Shown here one piece after another: positions 17,750 to 26,808 of a DNA stretch of 47,055 nucleotides. The notes beneath the pieces are model-generated. The model was not told the origin of the DNA. It was given only the letters and a program-made list of their open reading frames with translations, and searched no databases. The number at the start of each line of letters is the position of its first letter. Position 1 is the stretch's first letter. The DNA is taken from positions 1 through 47,055 of the IMG/VR virus record IMGVR_UViG_3300025000_000164, one strand, 5' to 3'. A program made the translations under genes and the position numbers. The DNA is from a virus (lineage: Duplodnaviria; Caudoviricetes).

Positions 17750-18043
17750 TTACCCCTCCAGTGGTCTATTGCAGCAAGGACATTTGGGTGGTTCTATAAC
17801 TTTAACCATAGAACTGGAATGAAGATAACATTCTCCTGTACTGTTGGATTTTATCACTATGTCATGAACATCAATGGCAGATCGTTTTGTACGTAATTCT
17901 GAATATGTGAAACCAATTACAGTAAATACCTCTCCTTTTCTTGCTGGAGAGTTAATATAAGCATCATTCCAATCCACTGTTGAGAGCTTTACAGCATAAC
18001 TTCCATCAGTCGTTTGTACCTTATCACCCTTATTGAGTTCCAT
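17750..18043 (-). CDS. Hypothetical protein with C-terminal CPCC
   Basis: AGGAGG RBS. Confidence 0.75.
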   Translation of the reverse strand: MELNKGDKVQTTDGSYAVKLSTVDWNDAYINSPARKGEVFTVIGFTYSELRTKRSAIDVHDIVIKSNSTGECYLHSSSMVKVIEPPKCPCCNRPLEG

Positions 18044-18057
18044 ATATCCTCCTATTT

Positions 18058-18273
18058 CTATTCCTCAACTGCACCTCTGGTAGAATTATTCCCCAGAGCT
18101 GGCATCCTTTGAACTTCCTGTTCAGGTATGAACCTGACTTTTAATCCACATATCTGACAATACTGGTAGAAGACTCTTGTAAATTCTGTTTCAGAAGTGT
18201 CCTGGTAAAGTTTCTTACACATAGGACACTTGCATTTAATACGGTATATCTTGCTTCTACCAGTGATTGACAT
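18058..18273 (-). CDS. Small zinc-finger protein
   Basis: CPMC...CQIC. Confidence 0.65.
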   Translation of the reverse strand: MSITGRSKIYRIKCKCPMCKKLYQDTSETEFTRVFYQYCQICGLKVRFIPEQEVQRMPALGNNSTRGAVEE

Positions 18274-18277
18274 TTAC

Positions 18278-19234
18278 CTAGGCCTCTATTTCAATAATAG
18301 GGGCGTCTCCAGTGCTGGATTCGAGTACATCCCATTTTTCCACTTTGAATCCAGTAGTATTGAGTTCCTCAAACGGACGGTTTTGCTCACAGAGTTTACA
18401 GAATTGACACTCCCCGAATTGATAGCAGGAGTCGAATTCCTGAGGATATGTTTCAGTTATTTCTGCTTCAGCAATACGATTGCAGGTATAGAGATATGAC
18501 TGCCTCCAGGTTTGAAGGTCTGCATTAGAGAAGATGTTCGGGTGCCTGATAAATTCTCTTGTTACTTTACCATAGCCCCCGTCCTTTACCTTCCTGGCAG
18601 TAAGCTGGTGAATAGATACAAGGGAACCTACTATATCATTACCTATCTTTTTCCCCGCCCAAGTATATCCAATAACCTGAGCACTCCGTTGAAGTCTCTT
18701 GGCTTGAATTTGTGCTGGTTGTCCAGTTGTTTTCTCTTCCATGATCCAATGCTGCCCACTTAACTCTACTTCCAAGTCGAGCTTACCAGTGAAATGAAGC
18801 TCAAGGACTGCAAGGAATGGGTAGAGTTTTCTCTCCTCTTGGGTGAGATTCATCAGTATGTCGAAGATTCTCTCAGACTCTATAATGTTCATCATGAATC
18901 TGTCGGCCTGGAATATTTCAAGATATTCTACGAAGGACTGGAAGCAGTTCTCAAGGGTTCTATAGTCGTCATAGAAATCAGACTTGGAAGATGCTTCATT
19001 CCAGACTTTAGTAGCAAGATTAATAGCTGCTTGGATGTGATCATCCTGATGTGATTCCCAACCATTATCTCTGATAGAAGAATAATATCCTTCCTTAAGT
19101 GCATGCCAGGTGGAACCGTAGCGAAGGGCGGTACTGCCGTGGATTGTGGTAAGGTTTTTGATGTAGCGGAGGAAGTATTTCTGCATACAGGTTACTGCTG
19201 TACTGCGTTTGGAATTGTCTATTTTCAGAATCAT
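18278..19234 (-). CDS. PD-(D/E)XK Cas4/RecB-like exonuclease
   Basis: N-terminal C..KY, GSTWH, GKLD...EEKT, QVIGY and C-terminal CYQFGECQFCKLC. Confidence 0.85.
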   Translation of the reverse strand: MILKIDNSKRSTAVTCMQKYFLRYIKNLTTIHGSTALRYGSTWHALKEGYYSSIRDNGWESHQDDHIQAAINLATKVWNEASSKSDFYDDYRTLENCFQSFVEYLEIFQADRFMMNIIESERIFDILMNLTQEERKLYPFLAVLELHFTGKLDLEVELSGQHWIMEEKTTGQPAQIQAKRLQRSAQVIGYTWAGKKIGNDIVGSLVSIHQLTARKVKDGGYGKVTREFIRHPNIFSNADLQTWRQSYLYTCNRIAEAEITETYPQEFDSCYQFGECQFCKLCEQNRPFEELNTTGFKVEKWDVLESSTGDAPIIEIEA

Positions 19235-19239
19235 GAAAT

Positions 19240-19470
19240 GCCTCCTTTAGAGGACTTGAGGTTTGCCTTTCTCGCAAGCGAGAGGACTTAAAAGACCAAA
19301 GAGCTGTTAGTTCCTCATATCAGCTTAAAGCTGCTGTTCCACACAGTCCTCATTTAACTTACAGTCTCACTATGTAAGCACTCTTTGGTCAGGTTTCAGT
19401 GCCATAACCCCATCCTATTTCTAGGTATGTGGTTATTACGCTTGAAGCTTAACAGCAGCTTTCTACAAGT
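19240..19470 (-). ncRNA. Candidate structured RNA or leader (unassigned)
   Basis: Multiple stems with GAAA and G(CUUG)C tetraloops on the - strand; no ORF of meaningful length. Confidence 0.4.
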
Positions 19471-19476
19471 TCGGGA

Positions 19477-19848
19477 TTACAGCTCGATACCCAGTTTCTT
19501 GAGAAGCTCTGCAGCGGCGGTGGCCTCCTTCCCGGTGAGGGAAGCAAGTTTTTCAACAATTGCACTTTTGGAAATCCCGACCTTGGCAGGCTGGCGGATA
19601 CTGAAATTCCCTGCCATCAGGCCTTCCCAGACCTTGGTCATAGACTCCAGGGCTTCAGCTCCGTCCAAGCCAGCTGCGGAATCACCGATACGGTGGTTGA
19701 TCGCCAGGGGAATGAGTTTGGCCTTGATAGCCTCTGGCAATTTTGAGGTATCGCATACCAGCTCTGCGCCGGTGGACAGTACCTTGACAGTTACCACACC
19801 AGTCTCATAATTAATGCTCTTCTCCAACCTACGCTCTTTCTTAGCCAT
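19477..19848 (-). CDS. Hypothetical protein, paralog of 26809..27204
   Basis: GGAGG RBS and its own promoter; LAINHRIGDSAAG...WEGLMAG. Confidence 0.85.
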   Translation of the reverse strand: MAKKERRLEKSINYETGVVTVKVLSTGAELVCDTSKLPEAIKAKLIPLAINHRIGDSAAGLDGAEALESMTKVWEGLMAGNFSIRQPAKVGISKSAIVEKLASLTGKEATAAAELLKKLGIEL

Positions 19849-19906
19849 TTTGAATCCTCCAATAAAGGGTCTGTGTGATGGGGACTATTCCCCGTTGCAT
19901 GTATGT

Positions 19907-19935
19907 ATATAACCATACTATTTTGCAGAACACAA
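19907..19935 (-). promoter_or_regulatory. Sigma70-like promoter
   Basis: TTGTGT-N17-TTATAT, with TGG before the -10. Confidence 0.5.
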
Positions 19936-19964
19936 GGGTTATTTTACTGCCTGTGGAAAATTAT

Positions 19965-20324
19965 TTATTTGTGCTGTATGCACTTAATTTTAGGATCTTT
20001 CATACATACAACACTACGAGACATATCAATAAGTCGATTTCTCCACTGGTCAGGGAGATCACGAGTTTGGAGTTCTCTTAGGAGAAAAGGAACTGCCTCT
20101 ATAAAGTACTCCTTGGTATAGAATGGAGTAAAGTCATATTCCTTAAACGGTCTATATTTAAGGTGTTCCTGTGCTGAATGATTCCATATCATGAGTAAGG
20201 TATAATAAAGATGTCTGGTTGTCATTCTTCTAACATCATGGAAAACTCCTGATCTGTCTCGCCAGGCGAAAACAGTTATGTCTTTTACCTCTGCAATATC
20301 TAAGCCTACAAATGGTTCAGACAT
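19965..20324 (-). CDS. Hypothetical protein
   Basis: AGGAGG RBS. Confidence 0.75.
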   Translation of the reverse strand: MSEPFVGLDIAEVKDITVFAWRDRSGVFHDVRRMTTRHLYYTLLMIWNHSAQEHLKYRPFKEYDFTPFYTKEYFIEAVPFLLRELQTRDLPDQWRNRLIDMSRSVVCMKDPKIKCIQHK

Positions 20325-20332
20325 ATATCCTC

Positions 20333-21220
20333 CTACAGCAAGTCTTCGTGTTTCTTTTTCCTGAAAGCCTCAACCTGAGAGTCAGTGAGAACCTCCAAGG
20401 CCACCGCACATTGGGGGAGATTGTTTGCGGTTACAAGGTATTCATGTTTTACAAGGATGTATTTGCCTATAAGGTTTTCCCTATCAAGCCAGTATTTTAA
20501 TCTATTCTCTTTTGTTAAGGTCTTTCCAGAACCAATTTGAAACCTGGAACCATCTTTGGATTCTACCTCAAACGCCCCGAGTCTGTCATAGCACCAGCCC
20601 TTGCCCTGAATTAGGTCTGTTATACGATATATGTCTGTAAGAGTCGGCTTAAACTTTAGCAGATTCTTAGACCTCTTCTCCTCATACATACCATCCAGCT
20701 TCCGAAACATGATCCCTTCATACCCATTCTTTGTAAACTCTGCAAGAATCTGTTTCCAGTCGTCTGGTTTCCCTCCTACAGTGGAGACCATCTTTACAGG
20801 TGTCAGCCCTTCTCTTTCTACTACGAAGCTGATTATCTCGTTTAGTTCTATACTTCTGGCTGTCTGGTGCTTCTGGTTTTTTATGTCAAAAATGTGGTAT
20901 TCCAGCTCCAATTCAGCCGGGGAAGGATTTTCTGTCCTTGACGCAATGCTGTTAATGTATGCCCAGGACTTTCCATGGATATAAAGCTCCCCGTCGTATG
21001 TATGTCCTGGTAGATGATTCAAAGCCTCTTTAATGTGGTTCAAAAAAGGTTTAATCATTCCAGTACTTGATCGAAGTATCCACTCATGCCACTCGTCAGA
21101 ATATTCTGCTATGCACCGTACTCCGTTAAGTTTGGGTTGACAGAGGAAGAGTGGGCCGAGATTCTGGATTCTCTTCTCTTCTGCAGGATGGGCTAGCATT
21201 ATGTATTCACGCTTTCTCAT
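20333..21220 (-). CDS. ATP-dependent DNA ligase
   Basis: QPKLNGVRC (motif I, KxN variant), DGELY, FDI, EGIMFR, LLKFK and an OB-fold tail. Confidence 0.92.
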   Translation of the reverse strand: MRKREYIMLAHPAEEKRIQNLGPLFLCQPKLNGVRCIAEYSDEWHEWILRSSTGMIKPFLNHIKEALNHLPGHTYDGELYIHGKSWAYINSIASRTENPSPAELELEYHIFDIKNQKHQTARSIELNEIISFVVEREGLTPVKMVSTVGGKPDDWKQILAEFTKNGYEGIMFRKLDGMYEEKRSKNLLKFKPTLTDIYRITDLIQGKGWCYDRLGAFEVESKDGSRFQIGSGKTLTKENRLKYWLDRENLIGKYILVKHEYLVTANNLPQCAVALEVLTDSQVEAFRKKKHEDLL

Positions 21221-21438
21221 TTGGTCTCCTGTACGCCATTCAAATAGTCCTCACACGCCTTTTTCCAACGACCTCCATGCAGTTTATACATATTAAGCAT
21301 CCAGTAGATAACGTATGCCTGCTCATCCTCAGCTTTTCTTGGTATCTCGTGTCCTCGCTGTCGTAAAATAATTGCCTTTGCGCCACACCAAAAATTTGGT
21401 CTTCCAAGAATAAATCTAATATCTTCTGTATATTCCAT
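21217..21438 (-). CDS. Hypothetical protein
   Basis: Likely start MEYTEDIR; ATGA overlap with the ligase. Confidence 0.7.
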   Translation of the reverse strand: MEYTEDIRFILGRPNFWCGAKAIILRQRGHEIPRKAEDEQAYVIYWMLNMYKLHGGRWKKACEDYLNGVQETK

Positions 21439-21439
21439 A

Positions 21440-21634
21440 TTATACCTTCTCCCAGTTAGCGAGCACGATTTGAATCTTAGTAATAGCATCCCTTAGATTA
21501 TCTATCTCAGTCTGCTTCACAGTTGTTGTTCCTTCAAGGATGCTTCTGAGGTGTGAGATGGTTCCTGTGAGTCTGAATTTGTTCCAGTTGCGTTCTTGCG
21601 AATCAGTTTGAATCTTAGATTTGTGTCTTTTCAT
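21440..21634 (-). CDS. Hypothetical protein
   Basis: Operon packing. Confidence 0.65.
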   Translation of the reverse strand: MKRHKSKIQTDSQERNWNKFRLTGTISHLRSILEGTTTVKQTEIDNLRDAITKIQIVLANWEKV

Positions 21635-21635
21635 G

Positions 21636-21830
21636 TCAACCCCATACTAAATCAGAAGGACTAGTTGCCTGAACTATTCTGGATTTGCAGTACAACACTT
21701 TAACAAAACTATCATTCCAGTCAATGATAACTCCAATTTCCATCTGGTCTGTAGAACAATCAGGAAAAGGTTTATATGATACAGGTGAAAGAATCATCTC
21801 TTTAGTTAATGAGATACCTTCGATTTTCAT
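21636..21830 (-). CDS. Hypothetical protein
   Basis: Likely start MKIEG after AAGGAG. Confidence 0.7.
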   Translation of the reverse strand: MKIEGISLTKEMILSPVSYKPFPDCSTDQMEIGVIIDWNDSFVKVLYCKSRIVQATSPSDLVWG

Positions 21831-21856
21831 ATTGGTTCTCCTTTCAAGGTGTAAAT

Positions 21857-21869
21857 GTGAATTATTCAC
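21857..21869. promoter_or_regulatory. Dispersed palindromic site, copy 4 (GTGAATTATTCAC)
   Basis: Exact copy in a short intergenic gap. Confidence 0.75.
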
Positions 21870-21877
21870 GTTAGGAT

Positions 21878-22153
21878 CTACAAAGAAACCTTCTTAACAG
21901 TCCCATCTACCTGCTTGACAAATAGCGAGTCTGGGGCCTTATCTTTAATAATCTTTATCCAAAGCTTTTTATCCTGAAATGTCTTACATACAGCAAGAGA
22001 GATAGTAGAATCCACTTCCTGCATATAAGACTCCGCCAGTGCACAGAGCCGGGTGAAGAGCTTCATTTGCTCCTTTTTTGTAGCAACAGGAATGAATAGA
22101 GATTCTCCGTTTTTCAAGTCAGATGCTTTTAGTATATAGTCTTTCTCGTCCAT
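21878..22153 (-). CDS. Hypothetical protein (weak paralog of 23839..24195)
   Basis: GAGGT RBS. Confidence 0.75.
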   Translation of the reverse strand: MDEKDYILKASDLKNGESLFIPVATKKEQMKLFTRLCALAESYMQEVDSTISLAVCKTFQDKKLWIKIIKDKAPDSLFVKQVDGTVKKVSL

Positions 22154-22155
22154 TT

Positions 22156-22347
22156 CTACCTCTTTAGAAGCGGTCTAGAGGATTCTCCGAGTTGGAGCCT
22201 CAGGTTCTGAATTTGAGTATCTTGATACTGGACTATGGCGCAGAGCTCCCTTAGTAAAATATGGAGTGTGGAATTGTGCTGCTTTCCGGATTCCAGAGTT
22301 TGTACTGTGGCGCAGAGATTAGATATGCGGTCTAGTTTCTTCTGCAT
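22156..22347 (-). CDS. Hypothetical coiled-coil protein
   Basis: Likely start MQKK after GGAGG. Confidence 0.65.
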   Translation of the reverse strand: MQKKLDRISNLCATVQTLESGKQHNSTLHILLRELCAIVQYQDTQIQNLRLQLGESSRPLLKR

Positions 22348-22348
22348 C

Positions 22349-22657
22349 TTAGAGTTTCCTCCCAAACTGATACGTAAGATCAAATCTATTCGCAAGTTCC
22401 TCTAGAACAGTTCTTTGCCTCTCTGTTATAACAACAGCTCTACCATATTCTTTTAGTCTAGTTGTGATGTTTGTTAGTAAATTTTCTTCAAAAGCTGTAG
22501 TTGCTCTGAGGCATAAAGCCTTTTCAAGCATTATCAAGTCGGAATCTGTTACCTTATACTTAACAGGTTTGACTTCTACCATATCATCAGTGTCATACAA
22601 CTTTACTCTTTCTTTTTCTTCTTTTAACTTGGGAATTGCTTTCGGTGTTCTAGCCAT
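22349..22657 (-). CDS. Hypothetical protein
   Basis: Operon packing. Confidence 0.7.
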   Translation of the reverse strand: MARTPKAIPKLKEEKERVKLYDTDDMVEVKPVKYKVTDSDLIMLEKALCLRATTAFEENLLTNITTRLKEYGRAVVITERQRTVLEELANRFDLTYQFGRKL

Positions 22658-22658
22658 A

Positions 22659-22853
22659 TTATTCCACCCTTAAATGATTTTCCATATCCTCCAAGATAAC
22701 ATTCCTGAAGTGGTTGTCGGCTTTTTGCATAAGAGTTATAGCATGGGAGATATACTTTGCCTGGTTTATAAGAAACTCTATCTTGGTCTTCAGGACTACA
22801 TTCTCCTTCTCTAGCCTTTCCACTTCCTTTGTTAGAGTCTGAATTGAGGCCAT
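22659..22853 (-). CDS. Hypothetical coiled-coil protein
   Basis: AAGGAG RBS. Confidence 0.7.
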   Translation of the reverse strand: MASIQTLTKEVERLEKENVVLKTKIEFLINQAKYISHAITLMQKADNHFRNVILEDMENHLRVE

Positions 22854-22854
22854 A

Positions 22855-23079
22855 TCAGAAATCTCCTTCTAGTTCCAGGTCTGTTAGAGTTATTTCTTTT
22901 CCTGTCTCGGGCTTAAAACAAGGTGCTTTGCAGCAGTCTGAAGCAGCCTCAAGTTGTATATCTGTTCCTCTGGAACCCCAATATTCATAGCCCCCGATCC
23001 CAAAATCCAGTGCCTTGCAGAGACAAGGAGAGCCGCATTCGGAGCATACTGCTTCTAGTGTATTATATCTGGCTAGCAT
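22855..23079 (-). CDS. Small Cys-containing hypothetical protein
   Basis: CSECG...DFGIGGYEYWG...SDCC; AAGGAG RBS. Confidence 0.75.
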   Translation of the reverse strand: MLARYNTLEAVCSECGSPCLCKALDFGIGGYEYWGSRGTDIQLEAASDCCKAPCFKPETGKEITLTDLELEGDF

Positions 23080-23080
23080 G

Positions 23081-23308
23081 TTAGAACTCCTTTACTTTCT
23101 GGATTATGTCTTGGATTGCTTCTTCGAAGGAGACACAGGATTTGCTCCAGGTGGGTTCTGGGAGAGAAACATATACTTTCTTCTCGTACATATCATCTCG
23201 AAGATGCACGAAACAGGAAGCCTCATATTGTACAGCTACATGGGCAGCTGGGAAAAGCTTCTTCATACGCTTAAGTGCTGTAGAAATAGAAATATCCTTC
23301 TTAGCCAT
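23081..23308 (-). CDS. Hypothetical protein
   Basis: AAGGAGGT RBS. Confidence 0.75.
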   Translation of the reverse strand: MAKKDISISTALKRMKKLFPAAHVAVQYEASCFVHLRDDMYEKKVYVSLPEPTWSKSCVSFEEAIQDIIQKVKEF

Positions 23309-23837
23309 TTTGAGACCTCCTTTTCTTAGCTTCTTGTAAGGCCTGAAACTTCAGGTCTTCTACGAGGCATGAATTTAGGGAAAGAACTTCTTGGGTTTTG
23401 TTTATAGCTTCAAGGTACATTAGAGCCAAATCCAGTTTAGAGAGTAGGATTAGATTCTGGATACATTCTGGGCAGGTTTTACTAAAAACATTCTCTTCCC
23501 TAATTGGGCGGGAGTTGGGAACTGGTATTTCAGAAACAGGTTCTGCATATAATACACTGCTTGAGCCCAGTTGTTTCATTATGAAAATCTGGATTGAAAC
23601 AGTATAGCAGCAGGTACAAGTCTCCTTGCGGAGCAAGATATACTCCTTATCCTTTATAACATGAACCCTGGGCTTCACTTCCTTTGTGGCAAGGCTACCA
23701 GAGAGTAGGTTCTCCAAGGAGGCCTTATTCAGCCCGAGCAGGGAAGCGAGCTTATTCGCTGCTTCTTGTAACTCTAAATCATCTTCCGGTATTTGAGTCA
23801 TAACTAGGTTCTCCACTATAGCAGATTCTAGGTTCAT
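23301..23837 (-). CDS. Hypothetical zinc-binding protein
   Basis: CTCC...CPEC; likely start MNLES after AGGAG. Confidence 0.7.
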   Translation of the reverse strand: MNLESAIVENLVMTQIPEDDLELQEAANKLASLLGLNKASLENLLSGSLATKEVKPRVHVIKDKEYILLRKETCTCCYTVSIQIFIMKQLGSSSVLYAEPVSEIPVPNSRPIREENVFSKTCPECIQNLILLSKLDLALMYLEAINKTQEVLSLNSCLVEDLKFQALQEAKKRRSQNG

Positions 23838-23838
23838 A

Positions 23839-24195
23839 TCAGTCTCCTGTTTTAATAGACTCCTGCCATTTCTTAAATTCCTCTTCTTCATGCTCTTCTG
23901 CTGTTGAATCCAGAGATACTTCTTTGAACTCTGTTTCCCCTAGCTTTTTTCGTAGAAAAGTAGTAGAACCTGGGAGCTTATTTTCTATCTCAAGTATAAT
24001 TTCATTCTCTGTCTCTATCTTTCGAGACTGGATTCTGGAGACATCAACTCCCCGGCTCCTAAGGCGTTTCAGGGTTCTATAAAAAGTCATCCTTTGGGAG
24101 TGATATTCCCTGTGAGATTCCACACTGATTCGTACCACTTCCCCGGGAGTTATGTTTCCAGAAAGAAGTGTTTCGTACTCTATGGATGTTGGCAT
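23839..24195 (-). CDS. Hypothetical protein
   Basis: GAGGAG RBS; TAATG coupling. Confidence 0.75.
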   Translation of the reverse strand: MPTSIEYETLLSGNITPGEVVRISVESHREYHSQRMTFYRTLKRLRSRGVDVSRIQSRKIETENEIILEIENKLPGSTTFLRKKLGETEFKEVSLDSTAEEHEEEEFKKWQESIKTGD

Positions 24196-24335
24196 TATTG
24201 AAGCTCCTCTAAAACTGTTAAGTGGCTTGTAAGTTGCTCCTGGACTGGTGCCGGGGAGGGAGCATATATAGCAAGCAGAATACCTGCTACGAATGTGAAT
24301 CCGAGAAGGAAGTATAGGGTTCTTTGTGTGTTCAT
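24195..24335 (-). CDS. Small membrane protein
   Basis: MNTQRTLYFLLGFTFVAGILLAIY TM segment; GGAGG RBS. Confidence 0.65.
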   Translation of the reverse strand: MNTQRTLYFLLGFTFVAGILLAIYAPSPAPVQEQLTSHLTVLEELQ

Positions 24336-24336
24336 C

Positions 24337-24537
24337 TTATTCCTCCCCGCAGATAGAATCAAAGCATTTCTCGCATAATCCAGATATTCTGTATTCACTT
24401 ATACCTGCTTGTGAATAGCAGTTTTCTAAAGCAAGTTTGTGGCACTGAATACAAATTCCCTGCTCCTTTGCTTCCTGTGTAGACATACCATAAATCGACT
24501 GGGCTAGGTCGTCTTTGAAGTCTTGAAGTGTTTTCAT
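24337..24537 (-). CDS. Small zinc-binding protein
   Basis: CIQC...EYRISGLCEKCFD. Confidence 0.75.
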   Translation of the reverse strand: MKTLQDFKDDLAQSIYGMSTQEAKEQGICIQCHKLALENCYSQAGISEYRISGLCEKCFDSICGEE

Positions 24538-24731
24538 TTCTCTTCTCCCTCAACAGTCGTTTCTTCTTCGGTGATGCGAACAGTTAATGAAACCCATTGA
24601 CCTATATTCCACGTAAAGTCAACATCATCTGGGTAATCCAGGAACTCTTTCAATATACTTTCTATATTATCTGTTGTTAATTCAAACTCTGTAATTTCTG
24701 TCACTGTCTTAACTTTTCTTTTAGGATTCAT
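24534..24731 (-). CDS. Hypothetical protein
   Basis: AGGAG RBS; ATGA overlap. Confidence 0.7.
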   Translation of the reverse strand: MNPKRKVKTVTEITEFELTTDNIESILKEFLDYPDDVDFTWNIGQWVSLTVRITEEETTVEGEEK

Positions 24732-24735
24732 TTCT

Positions 24736-24957
24736 CTAGTCTCCTAATTTCAAGGTTGTAACACAGGAAAGGTTCTTATACCTAAGCTCCACTATTGCAC
24801 CTATTGCAAAATCCCTTATGCTGCAGTAAACATCTCTCTGGTCGAAGGTTCTCAGGGTAAAGTCCTTTCCATCTAGAAAGGCTTTCTTTACTTGGTTTGC
24901 GGATTTGTAGTCCCTGCCGTACGCGGGGAGAAGGATACCATTTTTTAGTTTCTGCAT
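24736..24957 (-). CDS. Hypothetical protein
   Basis: LPAYGRDYKS...GKDF; operon packing. Confidence 0.75.
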   Translation of the reverse strand: MQKLKNGILLPAYGRDYKSANQVKKAFLDGKDFTLRTFDQRDVYCSIRDFAIGAIVELRYKNLSCVTTLKLGD

Positions 24958-24958
24958 T

Positions 24959-25054
24959 TTAGCACCCTATCTCATAGTAGAAATACACCTGGAGTCCAGG
25001 CACAAGAAGCTGGACTATTATTGTAGTAATTTGGAAAAATAGGAGGAGTTTCAT
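24959..25054 (-). CDS. 31-aa hydrophobic microprotein
   Basis: MKLLLFFQITTIIVQLLVPGLQVYFYYEIGC; AGGTG RBS; fills the gap exactly. Not in the ORF track. Confidence 0.5.
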   Translation of the reverse strand: MKLLLFFQITTIIVQLLVPGLQVYFYYEIGC

Positions 25055-25063
25055 TTCTAGCAC

Positions 25064-25363
25064 CTATTGTCCGAATGGACAAGTGGCTGAAGATGGAACT
25101 CCTCCTCCATACTCTGATGATAGATCTATGACACCTGCTATAATTCCCTTTCTATACTGAGTAAATAACTTCCGTGTTTTAGTTATTTGTCCACGTGCTG
25201 AATGGAAATTAGGTGCATTTTTCATAACAAGGCAGTGCAAATAATCACCAGGATTGGTATCATCTACAATTGTTATTCCTACATCTTTAACACAACCGAT
25301 GATTCTTCCTTTGTATTCTTTTCCAGTTGTTGCTATATACTTTATAACTTTTCCCTCAAACAT
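25064..25363 (-). CDS. Hypothetical early protein
   Basis: AAGGAGG RBS. Confidence 0.75.
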   Translation of the reverse strand: MFEGKVIKYIATTGKEYKGRIIGCVKDVGITIVDDTNPGDYLHCLVMKNAPNFHSARGQITKTRKLFTQYRKGIIAGVIDLSSEYGGGVPSSATCPFGQ

Positions 25364-25392
25364 TTTATTCCTCCTTTTATATTAACACCTAT

Positions 25393-25575
25393 TCATTTCC
25401 TTAAGGGTCTCAAGTTCTCTTCCTGGTTCGGGGCAAGGTACCAAGGAAACTGAGAACATACGCCACAAGGAGGATCATCCAGGAAATCATATCTACTACT
25501 TCTTACATAATACATAAAATCCTGTCTTGCATTACACCTACAATATAGTTTCACCTGCTTCCTTGTCAGAGACAT
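25393..25575 (-). CDS. Small Cys-containing early protein
   Basis: AAGGAGG RBS. Confidence 0.65.
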   Translation of the reverse strand: MSLTRKQVKLYCRCNARQDFMYYVRSSRYDFLDDPPCGVCSQFPWYLAPNQEENLRPLRK

Positions 25576-25628
25576 TTCTTTCCTCCTTTTAGTAGGTTCA
25601 AAGGAATAAGGGCACCCTTGAGGTGGTG

Positions 25629-25790
25629 CTATTTATCTTCTTGTTCTACTCGCCTTATCTCAGCATATTTTGGTATTCCTTGAGAATCATACTCAGAATA
25701 AGCATAACACTCCCATTCTGTTTTTGGATATAAAAATCCTTGTTCCCAGTGGTACAAAGCTACTGTTTTTGTTTCTTCTAATTTCTTCAT
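25629..25790 (-). CDS. Hypothetical early protein
   Basis: ATG at 25790 after AAGGAG. Confidence 0.65.
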   Translation of the reverse strand: MKKLEETKTVALYHWEQGFLYPKTEWECYAYSEYDSQGIPKYAEIRRVEQEDK

Positions 25791-26099
25791 AATATTCTCC
25801 TTTTGTAATGTGCTAAACATGGATTTCGTTCCATGTTGCTGCTAAATGGGCGGGTGTTTGTAAAATCCCATTTCATATAATACATATAACACATTTTACC
25901 CCAGTAATCAATAACATAATATACATCTGTGAAGATAGTTACAGGAGTGTATTTATGCATCATATTTACCACATACACCGTTTAACCGATTAAACAATGA
26001 ACATTCCCCTAGTGTTTCGGGTGTACACATTTTAACAATTTCTTAATCTCCTTATACATTATATCACATCTGCTTATGTATTTACACCCAGTTCCTAAT

Positions 26100-26112
26100 G
26101 TGCATTATTCAC
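26100..26112. promoter_or_regulatory. Dispersed palindromic site, copy 5 (AATGTGCATTATTCACATT)
   Basis: One core mismatch; flanks extend the palindrome. Confidence 0.65.
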
Positions 26113-26226
26113 ATTATATCCTTTATACTATCTCCCAGGCAGCTGGCTCCGGGTGTATTAAGTGCTGCTAAATATTTCTTTTCCTAGGTCCCTAGGGCTT
26201 ATAAATACAGTTGTTATCCTTATTCC

Positions 26227-26271
<45 letters not shown>

Positions 26272-26494
26272 CTATAGAAATAAAATTTATTTAGGGTCTA
26301 CCTACTGGCAATAATAAAATACCCTCCTGGGAGAAATAGTTATATAGCTGCGTATTATAATATAAGCAGATCTGATATGTTATATAAGCAGTTTAGGATT
26401 ATGTCAAAATGATGCATTCCATTTCCTAGGGCAAAAGTGCATTGTTTAAATGGTTAAACGGTAAATATGGTTTATTTTGTAAATATGTAAATAC

Positions 26495-26533
26495 ATAAAT
26501 CCCGGCACATTTCCTCCTGCAACCGGGATTTAT
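26495..26533 (-). terminator. Hairpin / probable terminator after 26551..26754
   Basis: 11-bp stem ATAAATCCCGG / CCGGGATTTAT. Confidence 0.55.
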
Positions 26534-26550
26534 ATACTACAGAAACGGTC

Positions 26551-26754
26551 CTACTTTAGAACAATCCAGATTCCTAGGTTCATTTCCCTATTTGAGATAA
26601 AATCCAGGTGGAAGTATTTCTTTACCTGGGAGATATTCTCCGGGCCAGAACCTAGCATGGAGCGGATAATTAACATATCCTCCTTTTCACATTGGCTCCT
26701 TAGTTCCTGTCCGATACAGAGTCCTCGGTTAAAATCCTTCATTTTCTTTGACAT
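26551..26754 (-). CDS. Hypothetical early protein
   Basis: ATG at 26754 preceded by GGAG. Confidence 0.55.
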   Translation of the reverse strand: MSKKMKDFNRGLCIGQELRSQCEKEDMLIIRSMLGSGPENISQVKKYFHLDFISNREMNLGIWIVLK

Positions 26755-26808
26755 TTCAGGCTCCAACAAACCTGACCTTTCAAAGCATCCGGTTTTATAA
26801 GGTTAATA

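Noticed and set aside
18278-19234. CRISPR-Cas system suggested by the Cas4-like nuclease
   Set aside because: No repeat-spacer array or other cas genes. The Sak4/SSB context indicates a recombination exonuclease.
19255-19330. c-di-GMP-I riboswitch (GGCAAACC) or hammerhead ribozyme (CTGA..GAG) in the structured region
   Set aside because: The remaining conserved core elements are absent or in the wrong order.
25787-25978. 63-aa ORF at the edge of the AT-rich region
   Set aside because: No RBS, odd composition, and it overlaps the inverted-repeat arm.
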